A stretch of 64,000 bases of DNA from a virus. The stretch covers positions 72,407 to 136,406 of the IMG/VR virus record IMGVR_UViG_3300009183_008543. The stretch is one strand, 5' to 3'. This document shows positions 18,601 through 26,587 of the stretch, in pieces. The notes beneath the pieces were generated by a model. It ran no database searches and was not told where the DNA came from. It saw only the letters and a program-made list of their open reading frames with translations. Each line of letters begins with the position of its first letter. Positions within the stretch are counted from its first letter, which is position 1. The translations under genes were made by a program, and so were the position numbers.

Positions 18601-21600
18601 ACTTGCAAAGACGGAGCTTGCACGGGTTGCCCTTCTCCATGTGCCGAAGACGAATCGTGCTGCGAAGGAGGAACGACATGCTGCAAGGTCTGCTGTAATG
18701 ATGGGTGTTGTGCGGATACCGATCATTGCGGAGAAGGTGGTGCATGCACTCCATGCGAATGTACCGCTGGACAAACCTGCTGCGGTCCTAATTGTTGCGA
18801 TCCGGGAAAAGAATGCTGTGGTTCTGGAAGTAGTGCAACATGTTGCACCGGAGATCAATACTGCGATGGAACTGGACACTGCGCATCATGCAACCCAGTA
18901 TGCTACCCGAACGAAACATGCTGCGGTGCGTCTGGATGTATAGCAAACAAGTGTGGCGACTGTCCTAATTCGTGTCCAGAAGGAATAGTTTGCTGCGGTC
19001 TTCCTCACCACGAGGTGTGTTGCGGCGAAGGTCAAACTTGTGTCGATAATAAATGTTACGGATGTACGCCTCCTTGTTCGGAAAGTCAAGATTGCTGCGA
19101 TGAGGTGTGTACCGAACTTGGAACCGACACAGATTGTACTGGTTGCGGTGCAGCTTGCGGAGAAGGAACAAAATGTTGCGGTGGCTCATGCATAGATGTG
19201 ATGGATGATGTGAACAATTGTGGTGGTTGCGGTGTCGTGTGCGAGGAAGATGGTGCAACTCCTCTTTGCTGCGATGGAACTCCGACAGCAAATGGAACGA
19301 ATGAAAATTGCTTGAGTTGCGGAGACACAGCCGATCCAGACAATGCGACAAACCCTACATCATGCTGTCCTAAAGCAGTTGTTGTTGCTGGCGCTCCAGA
19401 CACCTCGACTTTCTTTGTTACCGCTACAAACAGTGACGACAAGAATTGCGGTGGTTGCGGAAATGTTGCTGACACATCGCCACAAGTGCAAGAAAAATGC
19501 TGTGCGGGTGAAATCGTTAGCCTTTTGACTGATCCAGACAACTGTGGAGGGTGTGGCGTTAGGGTTGTTGATCCTATGAGTTGCTGTCCAAGTTGGGGTC
19601 CGCCAAATCAGTTTGGCGATCTACCAACACCAACCTCTGGTCCAGTAAACACACAAACAGACAACGACCATTGCGGCGGTTGCAACATCCCATGCAATCC
19701 AATAGAAACTGGTGATGACTGCCCACCTCCCGGCGCTCCACCAACGACAAAATGCAAGGATGGCACATGTGTGCCATGCGGAACATGCAAGCTTCCGACA
19801 GAACAACAACAAGCACAATTGTTGGGATCTCAACCAACTGTATGGGGGTCACACACGACCATACCATGCACCTATGACGGATGTCCTATGCCGGTAACCG
19901 ATCCGCCAACTCCTGCCCCTCCGGGGAAAACATGCTTCGGTGGCTGTGACTACAAAGCGGTAGGAAATGTTGGAAACCTGTCATGGGAACTGGTTGGTTG
20001 CGAATGCTACGACTCTTGCACACTTCCAGAATGCAACGCCTCAAATCCACATGCCACTCCATGTCCAAGTGTTGGAACCTGTTCTGGAGAAGGACCTTGC
20101 GGCGGATGCCTTTATGACGACTATGACCATCCTTCTGCATACAAATGCTTCGCGCCATGGGGTCATGATACTGTTAGCTGCGGGAGTCTCTATAACTATA
20201 GTAGTACATTTGGCTATTGCTGTACGAAAGACGCAAATCATCCAAATGGCGGAGTTCTATGTCTTAGTGGCAGTTGTTCAGGTGCTGCGGGAGACTGCGA
20301 ACCTTGCGGCGGATCATGTGCCGCAGGACTTACATGTTGCGGGGTTTTTCCGAATGATGTGTGTTTGAACCTGAAAACGGATGAAAGTCATTGCGGATCA
20401 TGTACGAATGTTTGTGCCGCAGGAGAGACATGCTGTAATAGCTCATGTAAAAATACCAACACAGACAATAACAATTGTGGCGGTTGCGGTATAAAATGCA
20501 GTGGAGTTTCGGAATGTTGCAATGGCAGCTGCAAAGTTCTAAACACTCCAACTAATTGTGGTGCTTGCGGAATAGTATGTACTGTCCTTGAACCACTCTG
20601 TTGCAACAATAACTGCACACCGTCTGATGAATTCAACTGCGGAGGGTGCGGAAGAACATGTGATGCTGGTGAAAAATGTTGTGATGGTGAATGCACAGAG
20701 GTGATGGGCGATGACGAATCTAACTGCGGTGATTGTGGCTTTACTTGTGCTTCTAGTGGAACTTGCTGCTCTGGCGAATGTATCGAAAACCAATGCGGAA
20801 CATGTCCTACTGCATGTACCGAAGGTCAGGGATGTTGTGGTACGCCTCCAAATCTAACTTGCACCGATCTTGGAACAGACGAAAACTGTATCAGTTGTGG
20901 CAATGCTTGCGCTGCAGGAACGAAATGTTGCTTTGATGGAGTTGAAAACTTATGCATATCAGTAATGGGTGCTGATAAAAATAACTGTGGCGATTGTAAC
21001 ATAATTTGTGAAAATAATGAACGATGTGAAGACGGTGTATGCATAAATTTAAGTGAAGGGTGTGATCCGGAATGTGTTGAGGGAGAAGAATGTTGCGAAG
21101 GAACTGCCTGTTGTAGTCTGCCAGAATTTCAATGTTGCTCTGGCTCATGTACTGCCGTTTTCTCTTTCCAAACAGATAGTTCCAACTGCGGAAGTTGTGG
21201 AAACGCTTGTGCTGCTGGCGAGCAATGTTGCAATGGCGATTGTATTGCCACTAGCTCTTTCCAAACAGATGAATCTAATTGCGGAACTTGTGGTAACGCT
21301 TGTTCCGGAAGCCAAACTTGTTGCTCTGGCTCATGTATCGCCACTAGCTCTCTCCAAACAGATGAAGCAAACTGCGGAACTTGCGGAAACGCTTGTGGTG
21401 CTGGTGAAACATGTTGCTCTGGTGTTTGTAAAGCACTTCAAACAGATGAAGCTAATTGCGGAACTTGCGGAAACGCTTGTGGTGCTGGTCAAGAATGTTG
21501 TAGTGGTGTTTGCAAAGCCGTACAAACTGATAGTTCCAACTGCGGAACTTGCGGAAACGCTTGTTCCGGAAGCCAAACATGTTGCTCTGGATCATGTATC

Positions 21601-23571
21601 GCCACTAGCTCTCTCCAAACAGATGAAGCAAACTGCGGAACTTGCGGAAACACTTGTTCCGGAAGCCAAACATGTTGCTCTGGATCATGTATCGCCACTA
21701 GCTCTCTCCAAACAGATGAAGCAAACTGCGGAACTTGCGGAAACGCTTGTGCTGCTGGTGAACTATGTTGTTCTGGTGTTTGCAAAGCCGTACAAACAGA
21801 TGAAGCTAATTGCGGAACTTGCGGAAACGCTTGTGCTGCTGGCGAACTATGTTGTTCTGGTGTTTGCAAAGCCGTACAAACAGATGAAGCTAATTGCGGA
21901 ACTTGCGGAAACGCTTGTTCCGGAAGCCAAACTTGCTGCTCTGGATCATGTATCGCCACTATCTCTCTCCAAACAGATGAAGCAAACTGCGGAACTTGCG
22001 GAAACACTTGTTCCGGAAGCCAAACATGTTGCTCTGGCTCATGTATCGCCACTAGCTCTCTCCAAACAGATGAAGCAAACTGCGGAACTTGTGGTAACGC
22101 CTGTAGTGCTGGCGAACTATGTTGTGGTGGTGTTTGTAAAATCGTACAAATAGATGAAGCTAACTGCGGAACTTGTGGTAACACTTGTGGTCTTGGTCAA
22201 GAATGTTGTAGTGGTGTTTGTAAATCATTACAAACAGATGAATTTAATTGCGGAACTTGCGGAAACACTTGTGGTGCTGGCGAACTATGTTGTTCTGGTG
22301 TTTGCAAAACCGTACAAACAGATGTAATAAACTGCGGAACTTGTGGTAACACTTGTGGTCTTGGTCAAGAATGTTGTAGTGGTGTTTGCACAGTATTTCA
22401 AATAGATGAAGACAATTGCGGAAGTTGTGGAAACGCTTGTGCTGCTGGAGAAACTTGTTGTAATAGCGTTTGCACAGTATTACAAACAGATGAAGGTAAT
22501 TGCGGAATTTGCGGAAACATGTGTGGTGCTGGTCAAGAATGTTGCTCTGGTGTTTGTAAATCAGTACAAACAGATGAAGCTAATTGCGGAACTTGTGGAA
22601 CTGTATGTGGTGCTGGTCAAGAATGTTGCTCTGGTGTTTGCAAATCAATACAAACAGATGAAGAAAATTGTGGAACATGTGGAACTGCATGTGCTTCTGG
22701 CTACACATGTTGCTCTGGTGTTTGTAGAAACACAGCAACCGATCTCAGCAATTGTGGAACATGCGGAAGCTCTTGTAGCGGAACATGTTGCAACGGCTTT
22801 TGCAAAGCGACATATGAGGATGAATTAAATTGTGGTGATTGCGGAATAGAATGTGCTGTTGGCGAAACATGTTGCTATAGCATCCTTTTGAACACTGGAG
22901 TTTGCAAAGCCGTACTAACAGATGAAGCTAATTGTGGAACTTGTGGAAACACTTGTGCTGCTGGTTACACATGTTGCTCTGGTGTCTGCAAAGCACTTCA
23001 AACAGATGAAGCTAATTGCGGAACTTGCGGAAGTGTATGTTCTGCTGGCTACACATGTTGTGATGGTGTCTGCAAAGCACTTCAAACAGATGAAGCAAAC
23101 TGTGGAACTTGCGGAAACGCTTGTGCTGCTGGAGAAACTTGTTGCTCTGGTGTTTGTGCAAATACAGAAACAAGTTCATCTAATTGTGGATCTTGCGGAC
23201 ACGCTTGTGCTGCTGGAGAAACTTGCGAAGAAGGAATTTGCTCTCTGCCTCCACTAACAATAAAATTAGTTTTCCGTGCTTTCGCATGTGCAAGTAATTT
23301 TTCAAATCTTTCAAGTGAGCTTTCTGCTGGATCTAGAAGTGTTAGCTTCACAATCACTGTCAGTGGAACTACTTTTGCCAGTGGTTCTGTTTCAAACATT
23401 GGACCCGGAGGAGTTGCAGCAACCTTAGCATCAATTACGATTCCAACAGGAACATCATTTAATATAAATATAAGTGGATATGCTGGATCTGCAATTATTG
23501 GTAGTACTAGAGCATCTGGTCAACTGACTTATACTGGTGCTGTTAAAACTGCAGATAATAATGCATGTTAA
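15607..23571 (+). CDS. giant cysteine-rich repeat protein, 2654 aa (Stig1-like CxDxxTDxxNCGxCGxxC repeats)
   Basis: Dozens of 6-Cys modules such as QTDEANCGTCGNACAAGELCCSGVCKAV; Cys-poor beta-rich C-terminal ~100 aa; no obvious signal peptide. Confidence 0.85.
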   Translation: MIDPKLVENWNIIFALADKACGHFATYEAIVLVPRPCTGGSSAYWTLGTSCPDGCTSSPPSELPTNPPCDPNYPDNGTENDIIGCCGGIVEVECTGTCCNCGGVQCEPSETCCDNVCVDLQTDHDHCGGCPIVCEPSESCKNGVCKGACASSNCSWTWSEGCQADCAYVLLDGVYVQNQFCTEGSNCICPAAPAVTESSPLYVYISCVGNPRPSGVWSQTSTCPQGCTCPEEAPTTNGTTNGQVITHECVSCSPPCGEGQDCCGGECKNIYEDSNNCDGCGNVCPEATPTCCNGECCVSNNCCSVDGTNTCIDVMNDPNHCGDCITFCSGPETTTPQKCCHGECKFTETDNENCGSCDFPCPVGYTCCFGVCKELYGDDRLNCGDCGKTCPVGEFCKDGNCVDPCTLEECSYTWDAQTCTFMYNNPNGYKICSGTAVMKWVPTGPPSDPDSITGTCPGRWDTVVPCEYSDNCGCINGYGFEQTIGPCWEYTQECYCGQRNDVITPCGAIFPVLDPVIGWAGGTWEQLTDCDGCPKPVDPPAIPACMGQTYSFNCAGSWIYRPCPSCVCPINEPLREGTPNEKVSSPCKNCDPACGANQKCCNHVCKNILTDVRNCGDCGRDCGSAAGTACCRGTCVNTLTEELYCGGCNTVCAWSETCCNGFCKDTHTDPANCGSCGHPCAAGEVCCNSFCVNTNTDRNNCGSCPFVCPNADKCIDGRCVPCDPPCLEAGTACCNNSCIDILSDENNCGGCNIPCAGKCCNGSCVLDLNTMYNCGDCGIACPQMINQINLWQCCNGQCKNLKTDPENCGFCGRVCQEPPGDTFKVPKCFLGNCAEPECVCLGGETPGPDDVVFVSTCLGNTISCEGSCYFENVGGSWVLHEEPGGTGFSGSCGKEPDYTYCVDDKYACVGDIYYCVKPIEGQDMPTYCIPKPSFDPLAQALIGSYIGAENCAAGCSGDGSCPDGCANGLTCCNTECVDTQTDSANCGGCGGGPCASDETCKDGACTGCPSPCAEDESCCEGGTTCCKVCCNDGCCADTDHCGEGGACTPCECTAGQTCCGPNCCDPGKECCGSGSSATCCTGDQYCDGTGHCASCNPVCYPNETCCGASGCIANKCGDCPNSCPEGIVCCGLPHHEVCCGEGQTCVDNKCYGCTPPCSESQDCCDEVCTELGTDTDCTGCGAACGEGTKCCGGSCIDVMDDVNNCGGCGVVCEEDGATPLCCDGTPTANGTNENCLSCGDTADPDNATNPTSCCPKAVVVAGAPDTSTFFVTATNSDDKNCGGCGNVADTSPQVQEKCCAGEIVSLLTDPDNCGGCGVRVVDPMSCCPSWGPPNQFGDLPTPTSGPVNTQTDNDHCGGCNIPCNPIETGDDCPPPGAPPTTKCKDGTCVPCGTCKLPTEQQQAQLLGSQPTVWGSHTTIPCTYDGCPMPVTDPPTPAPPGKTCFGGCDYKAVGNVGNLSWELVGCECYDSCTLPECNASNPHATPCPSVGTCSGEGPCGGCLYDDYDHPSAYKCFAPWGHDTVSCGSLYNYSSTFGYCCTKDANHPNGGVLCLSGSCSGAAGDCEPCGGSCAAGLTCCGVFPNDVCLNLKTDESHCGSCTNVCAAGETCCNSSCKNTNTDNNNCGGCGIKCSGVSECCNGSCKVLNTPTNCGACGIVCTVLEPLCCNNNCTPSDEFNCGGCGRTCDAGEKCCDGECTEVMGDDESNCGDCGFTCASSGTCCSGECIENQCGTCPTACTEGQGCCGTPPNLTCTDLGTDENCISCGNACAAGTKCCFDGVENLCISVMGADKNNCGDCNIICENNERCEDGVCINLSEGCDPECVEGEECCEGTACCSLPEFQCCSGSCTAVFSFQTDSSNCGSCGNACAAGEQCCNGDCIATSSFQTDESNCGTCGNACSGSQTCCSGSCIATSSLQTDEANCGTCGNACGAGETCCSGVCKALQTDEANCGTCGNACGAGQECCSGVCKAVQTDSSNCGTCGNACSGSQTCCSGSCIATSSLQTDEANCGTCGNTCSGSQTCCSGSCIATSSLQTDEANCGTCGNACAAGELCCSGVCKAVQTDEANCGTCGNACAAGELCCSGVCKAVQTDEANCGTCGNACSGSQTCCSGSCIATISLQTDEANCGTCGNTCSGSQTCCSGSCIATSSLQTDEANCGTCGNACSAGELCCGGVCKIVQIDEANCGTCGNTCGLGQECCSGVCKSLQTDEFNCGTCGNTCGAGELCCSGVCKTVQTDVINCGTCGNTCGLGQECCSGVCTVFQIDEDNCGSCGNACAAGETCCNSVCTVLQTDEGNCGICGNMCGAGQECCSGVCKSVQTDEANCGTCGTVCGAGQECCSGVCKSIQTDEENCGTCGTACASGYTCCSGVCRNTATDLSNCGTCGSSCSGTCCNGFCKATYEDELNCGDCGIECAVGETCCYSILLNTGVCKAVLTDEANCGTCGNTCAAGYTCCSGVCKALQTDEANCGTCGSVCSAGYTCCDGVCKALQTDEANCGTCGNACAAGETCCSGVCANTETSSSNCGSCGHACAAGETCEEGICSLPPLTIKLVFRAFACASNFSNLSSELSAGSRSVSFTITVSGTTFASGSVSNIGPGGVAATLASITIPTGTSFNINISGYAGSAIIGSTRASGQLTYTGAVKTADNNAC
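21169..23240 (+). repeat. near-identical intragenic tandem array of 84-bp and 93-bp units
   Basis: caaacagatgaagcWaaYtgcggaacttgcggaaac recurs; 28-aa and 31-aa unit types are interspersed. Confidence 0.9.
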
Positions 23572-23605
23572 AAAAACAGGCTTGAAAATCAAGCCTGTTT
23601 TTTTT
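23571..23605. terminator. bidirectional intrinsic terminator
   Basis: aaaaaacaggcttga-aaa-tcaagcctgtttttt perfect inverted repeat between convergent genes. Confidence 0.85.
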
Positions 23606-23624
23606 CTTTAATTTATAATTTTTT

Positions 23625-23915
23625 CTATTCTTTGTAGGCTACCCATCGGTTACGAACAAATAAAAGATTTGCAAAAAACCCGCAAAAGGCAGAAATGAGA
23701 TTTCCCGCAAACGGAACATATAGTTCGCCTACTGGATTAAGCACGAATGAAATTCCCAATGAAAACCAAAAACTGCTGCATTCATGGCAGAGCATTGGAA
23801 CATTAACATACGGTATCTTGGCTACCAAGTTTCTAAAAGGTCGTGCAACATCGGTATCAGACCAAGCGTAAGCGACACCAAGACATGTGACCAAATAAAT
23901 CAAAAACATCATAGG
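23625..23915 (-). CDS. small membrane protein with CxxC (DUF1360-like)
   Basis: Three hydrophobic segments; ARPFRN...MLCHECSSFW. Confidence 0.55.
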   Translation of the reverse strand, partial: PMMFLIYLVTCLGVAYAWSDTDVARPFRNLVAKIPYVNVPMLCHECSSFWFSLGISFVLNPVGELYVPFAGNLISAFCGFFANLLFVRNRWVAYKE

Positions 23916-24328
23916 AAATATACCCACATATAGTCAAATTCTCGAACAACAGAGAAACTTCTGAATGTTTTTCCAACAATAGTCTTGTTGAAATTAGCCC
24001 AAGCTTCATCACCAAGCTGAACCTTGAATACTTTGCCACCAATAGCATTGTTTACTCTTTTTAGCCTAATAGCTTCGAGTTCTTTGACTATCGCAGCCTT
24101 GTCCTTGTAATACTTTTCCAAGATATTCGGATCAGTAGTCACTTTATCTGAAAAGAACTTGCCAACCTTACCTCTGCATGAGCAGTTTGGGTTGGTCTTT
24201 AATGTTGTTAGGTCGGCAAGAATATCTGGAAATTCCGCCTTTAGTTCAGCGAATGAACTTTCGTCCTTGATGATCATATAGATGAGATCTGGCATCGTGC
24301 CAAGATCTACAGTGATTGTAGTTTCCAT
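23909..24328 (-). CDS. hypothetical protein with CxC motif
   Basis: NPNCSCRGKV; overlaps the start of the downstream membrane gene. Confidence 0.6.
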   Translation of the reverse strand: METTITVDLGTMPDLIYMIIKDESSFAELKAEFPDILADLTTLKTNPNCSCRGKVGKFFSDKVTTDPNILEKYYKDKAAIVKELEAIRLKRVNNAIGGKVFKVQLGDEAWANFNKTIVGKTFRSFSVVREFDYMWVYFL

Positions 24329-24379
24329 AAAATTAATATAGTTTTATTGTTTTATTTTTTTGATTTTTAAAAATATTTT

Positions 24380-25742
24380 TTACAAATCAAAACAAATAGA
24401 TCTACCGCCTCTAGCCTCAGACATGAATCGACTAAACAAAAGACCTTCATATACTGGATCTACATCAGTAATTCCAAGACAATAGCAAATTAAAGAACCA
24501 CAAGCACTTCCCCTTCCGGGTCCAACAGCTTGAGTTCCATCGCCACCTATATTTTCTCTGCACCACCTTCTTGCTTCATCAGTCATCATCTTTTGAATAA
24601 GAAAATATGTACTAAAACCTTTACGAGTTATAAGGCTCAACTCTTCAATTATTCTATTTTTATACTCTGTAGTCATTGGCAAATTACGATGTTTAAATCC
24701 TCTCAAGACTTCATCCTTAAGCCTTTGGTCACAATCTGGAAATATAGGTAGTTTCAGACTTCTATCTAATTCGACACCTTTTGCTTTACGACAAATCTCT
24801 ACTGTATTTTTTTTAGCTTCGCAAAAAATTTCATAAGGAATAATATCTTTATAATCACTCAGCCACTTTTCATTAAGTTCTTCCTCAGATTTCATCCATA
24901 GATTAGCATCCTGCAATTCGAAGAAATCCTGCATTGAATCTTCTTTCATTGCCCTTTGAATTTCTTTTAATGTTCTGTTGGTCTGAACCATCAACATAAG
25001 TCTTTGCAAGTGACTATCTTCTTTACGGCAATAATGACAATCTTGCGTAAGAATAATCTTCAATCCAAATTTCTGCTTTGCTTTAACAATAAAAGCGTCA
25101 TAAGGTTTTTGTTTAACAAAATCTAAAAGCATAATTTCAAGCAGATAATTTTCTTTACCAAACATCTGAATGTATCGTTCTATCATTTGAAATCCAGCTT
25201 CTTCTCCGCCAGCATCAAATGCTCTGCCAACTTCGCTGTTATAGCAACAACTTGTAAAAAATAAGCCTTCTTTATGCTTCTCAAGTTGTTCGTAATTTAC
25301 TCTTGGCTTTCTATAAAATCCTTTCGTCCAACCCCAAGATGTCAAACGAACAAGATTTTTATATCCAGTTTCATTGTATGCTATGGCTAATAAGTGTGGA
25401 CTTGCTCTCAGTTCCAATAATTCACTTGGAGAGAGAGATTCAGAAAATTTTTGCATGTCTGACAAAGAAGAGGATTGCGGTTGCAATCTATTTACATAAA
25501 GTTCCGCAGCGAATATGGGAGAAAGTTTATTTTTCCCATATTTATCACATATCTTTTCGCATGCTTTAATTTGTCTGGGAACTGCTCCCAACATGCCATG
25601 ATCACTAATTGTAAGAAAATTTTGATTTATTTCTGTAGCACGAACCGAATATTCTTCGCATGTTCCAAGCCCATCGAGGACGGAAAAATCGGAGTAACTA
25701 ATGAAGGTGGAGATGTTCAAAACCAACAATCTCCACCTTCAT
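24380..25742 (-). CDS. dnaE: DNA polymerase III alpha subunit, N-terminal PHP half of a split DnaE; frame interrupted after codon 14
   Basis: SDFSVLDG, ISDHG, AAELY, GFYRKPR, TQDCHY, GPGRGSACGSLICYCLGITDVDP, LLFSRF. True start MKVEIVGFEHLHLH (AAGGAG RBS, ATG 25742) lies in a different frame and ends at TAG 25700-25698. Confidence 0.9.
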
Positions 25743-25751
25743 TGTTACTCC
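25691..25751 (-). promoter_or_regulatory. long hairpin covering the dnaE-N RBS, start codon and premature stop
   Basis: GGAGTAACAATGAAGGTGGAGAT pairs with ATCTCCACCTTCATT(A)GTTACTCC: 23 bp, one bulged A. Confidence 0.85.
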
Positions 25752-25762
25752 TTTCGTAAATG

Positions 25763-26557
25763 TCATTGTTCAATCTCTTGTTTAGTTTGAAGCCAAATTA
25801 AAAATTCTTGCTTATCGTACTTTGCATTTTTACGACAATTCTCAGAAGCTGAAATTGGTCGTAAATTCTCCAGACAATTAATCAAAGACAAATCGTAAAT
25901 CTTATGATCTGAAAACGCCTTTATTGGGAAAATATGGTCAATATGCCACTTTCCATTTTTTACCTTTTCATAATTCTCATGATTGATTATATGATTTTGC
26001 AATTCTTTATAATCATAGCCAAGTAAAGCTGAAGTTTTAGACTTTTTTACTCTGCCAGTAACAGCCAAACTCATACTCAACAACTTATACGATCTCTGTC
26101 GAAATATCAAGTCCATTTTAAATTTCTCTCGATCATCAACCCATTCATAATGATTTTCTCCAGATCGTTTGGCAATTCCGCAATCCCAACATCTTTTACC
26201 TGTTCTGAAATTATTCCAAGAGATCTTTGCTTCTTTGCCACAAGAACAAATATATCGCATATTCTTGGAAGACTTTTCGTATTGATCCAAAAGCATACAA
26301 CCAACGGCTGCGAATTCAGATTTTATTTTTTCATGAGAATAAGAGAATCGTTCGCTTATTTTGCGAGAACCGCAATTTTTACATCTATTGCCAGATTTGA
26401 AACTATAAAAAACAATTTTAGATTCGTTTCCACAAGAACAACGATACCTCATTGGTGTGCGAGCATTGATATAAGTATCTTCTAATAATTTGCAACCATT
26501 TTTTAAGAAGAAACTTTGAACGAATTGATAGGTAAGTCTTTGACTTGAATATTTCAT
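25763..26557 (-). CDS. free-standing HNH homing endonuclease with repeated Zn-ribbon (CSCG...CxxC) DNA-binding units
   Basis: WHIDHIFP...NCLENLRPISASENCRK; two YxCSCG...RCxxCG units; GGAGG RBS before ATG 26557. Confidence 0.85.
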   Translation of the reverse strand: MKYSSQRLTYQFVQSFFLKNGCKLLEDTYINARTPMRYRCSCGNESKIVFYSFKSGNRCKNCGSRKISERFSYSHEKIKSEFAAVGCMLLDQYEKSSKNMRYICSCGKEAKISWNNFRTGKRCWDCGIAKRSGENHYEWVDDREKFKMDLIFRQRSYKLLSMSLAVTGRVKKSKTSALLGYDYKELQNHIINHENYEKVKNGKWHIDHIFPIKAFSDHKIYDLSLINCLENLRPISASENCRKNAKYDKQEFLIWLQTKQEIEQ

Positions 26558-26558
26558 A

Positions 26559-26587
26559 AAACCTCCAATATATTTAGTTGGAGGCTT
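26559..26587 (-). promoter_or_regulatory. RBS-sequestering hairpin with a late-promoter-like TAAATA in its loop
   Basis: aagcctccaa-CTAAATATA-ttggaggttt directly before the HNH ATG. Confidence 0.75.

Noticed and set aside
21053-23399. Long alternative-frame and antisense ORFs inside the giant gene (for example 21053-22153, 21489-22184)
   Set aside because: They are by-products of in-frame repeats that happen to lack stops; no RBS or independent protein features.
15607-23571. Diversity-generating retroelement target or eukaryotic contamination
   Set aside because: No reverse transcriptase in the window and repeat differences are not adenine-specific. The gene is intron-free, abuts the upstream gene and ends at a bacterial-type terminator.
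24380-24400. Split intein at the dnaE-N C-terminus (ends CFDL)
   Set aside because: Only four residues from the Cys to the stop, and the C-terminal gene shows no intein C-fragment (HN followed by C/S/T) before PDIDVD.
25698-25700. TAG reassignment (alternative genetic code) as the explanation for the dnaE-N stop
   Set aside because: Reading through the TAG stays in the wrong frame and soon meets TAG TGA. Other genes end normally at TAG and coding density is high with the standard code.
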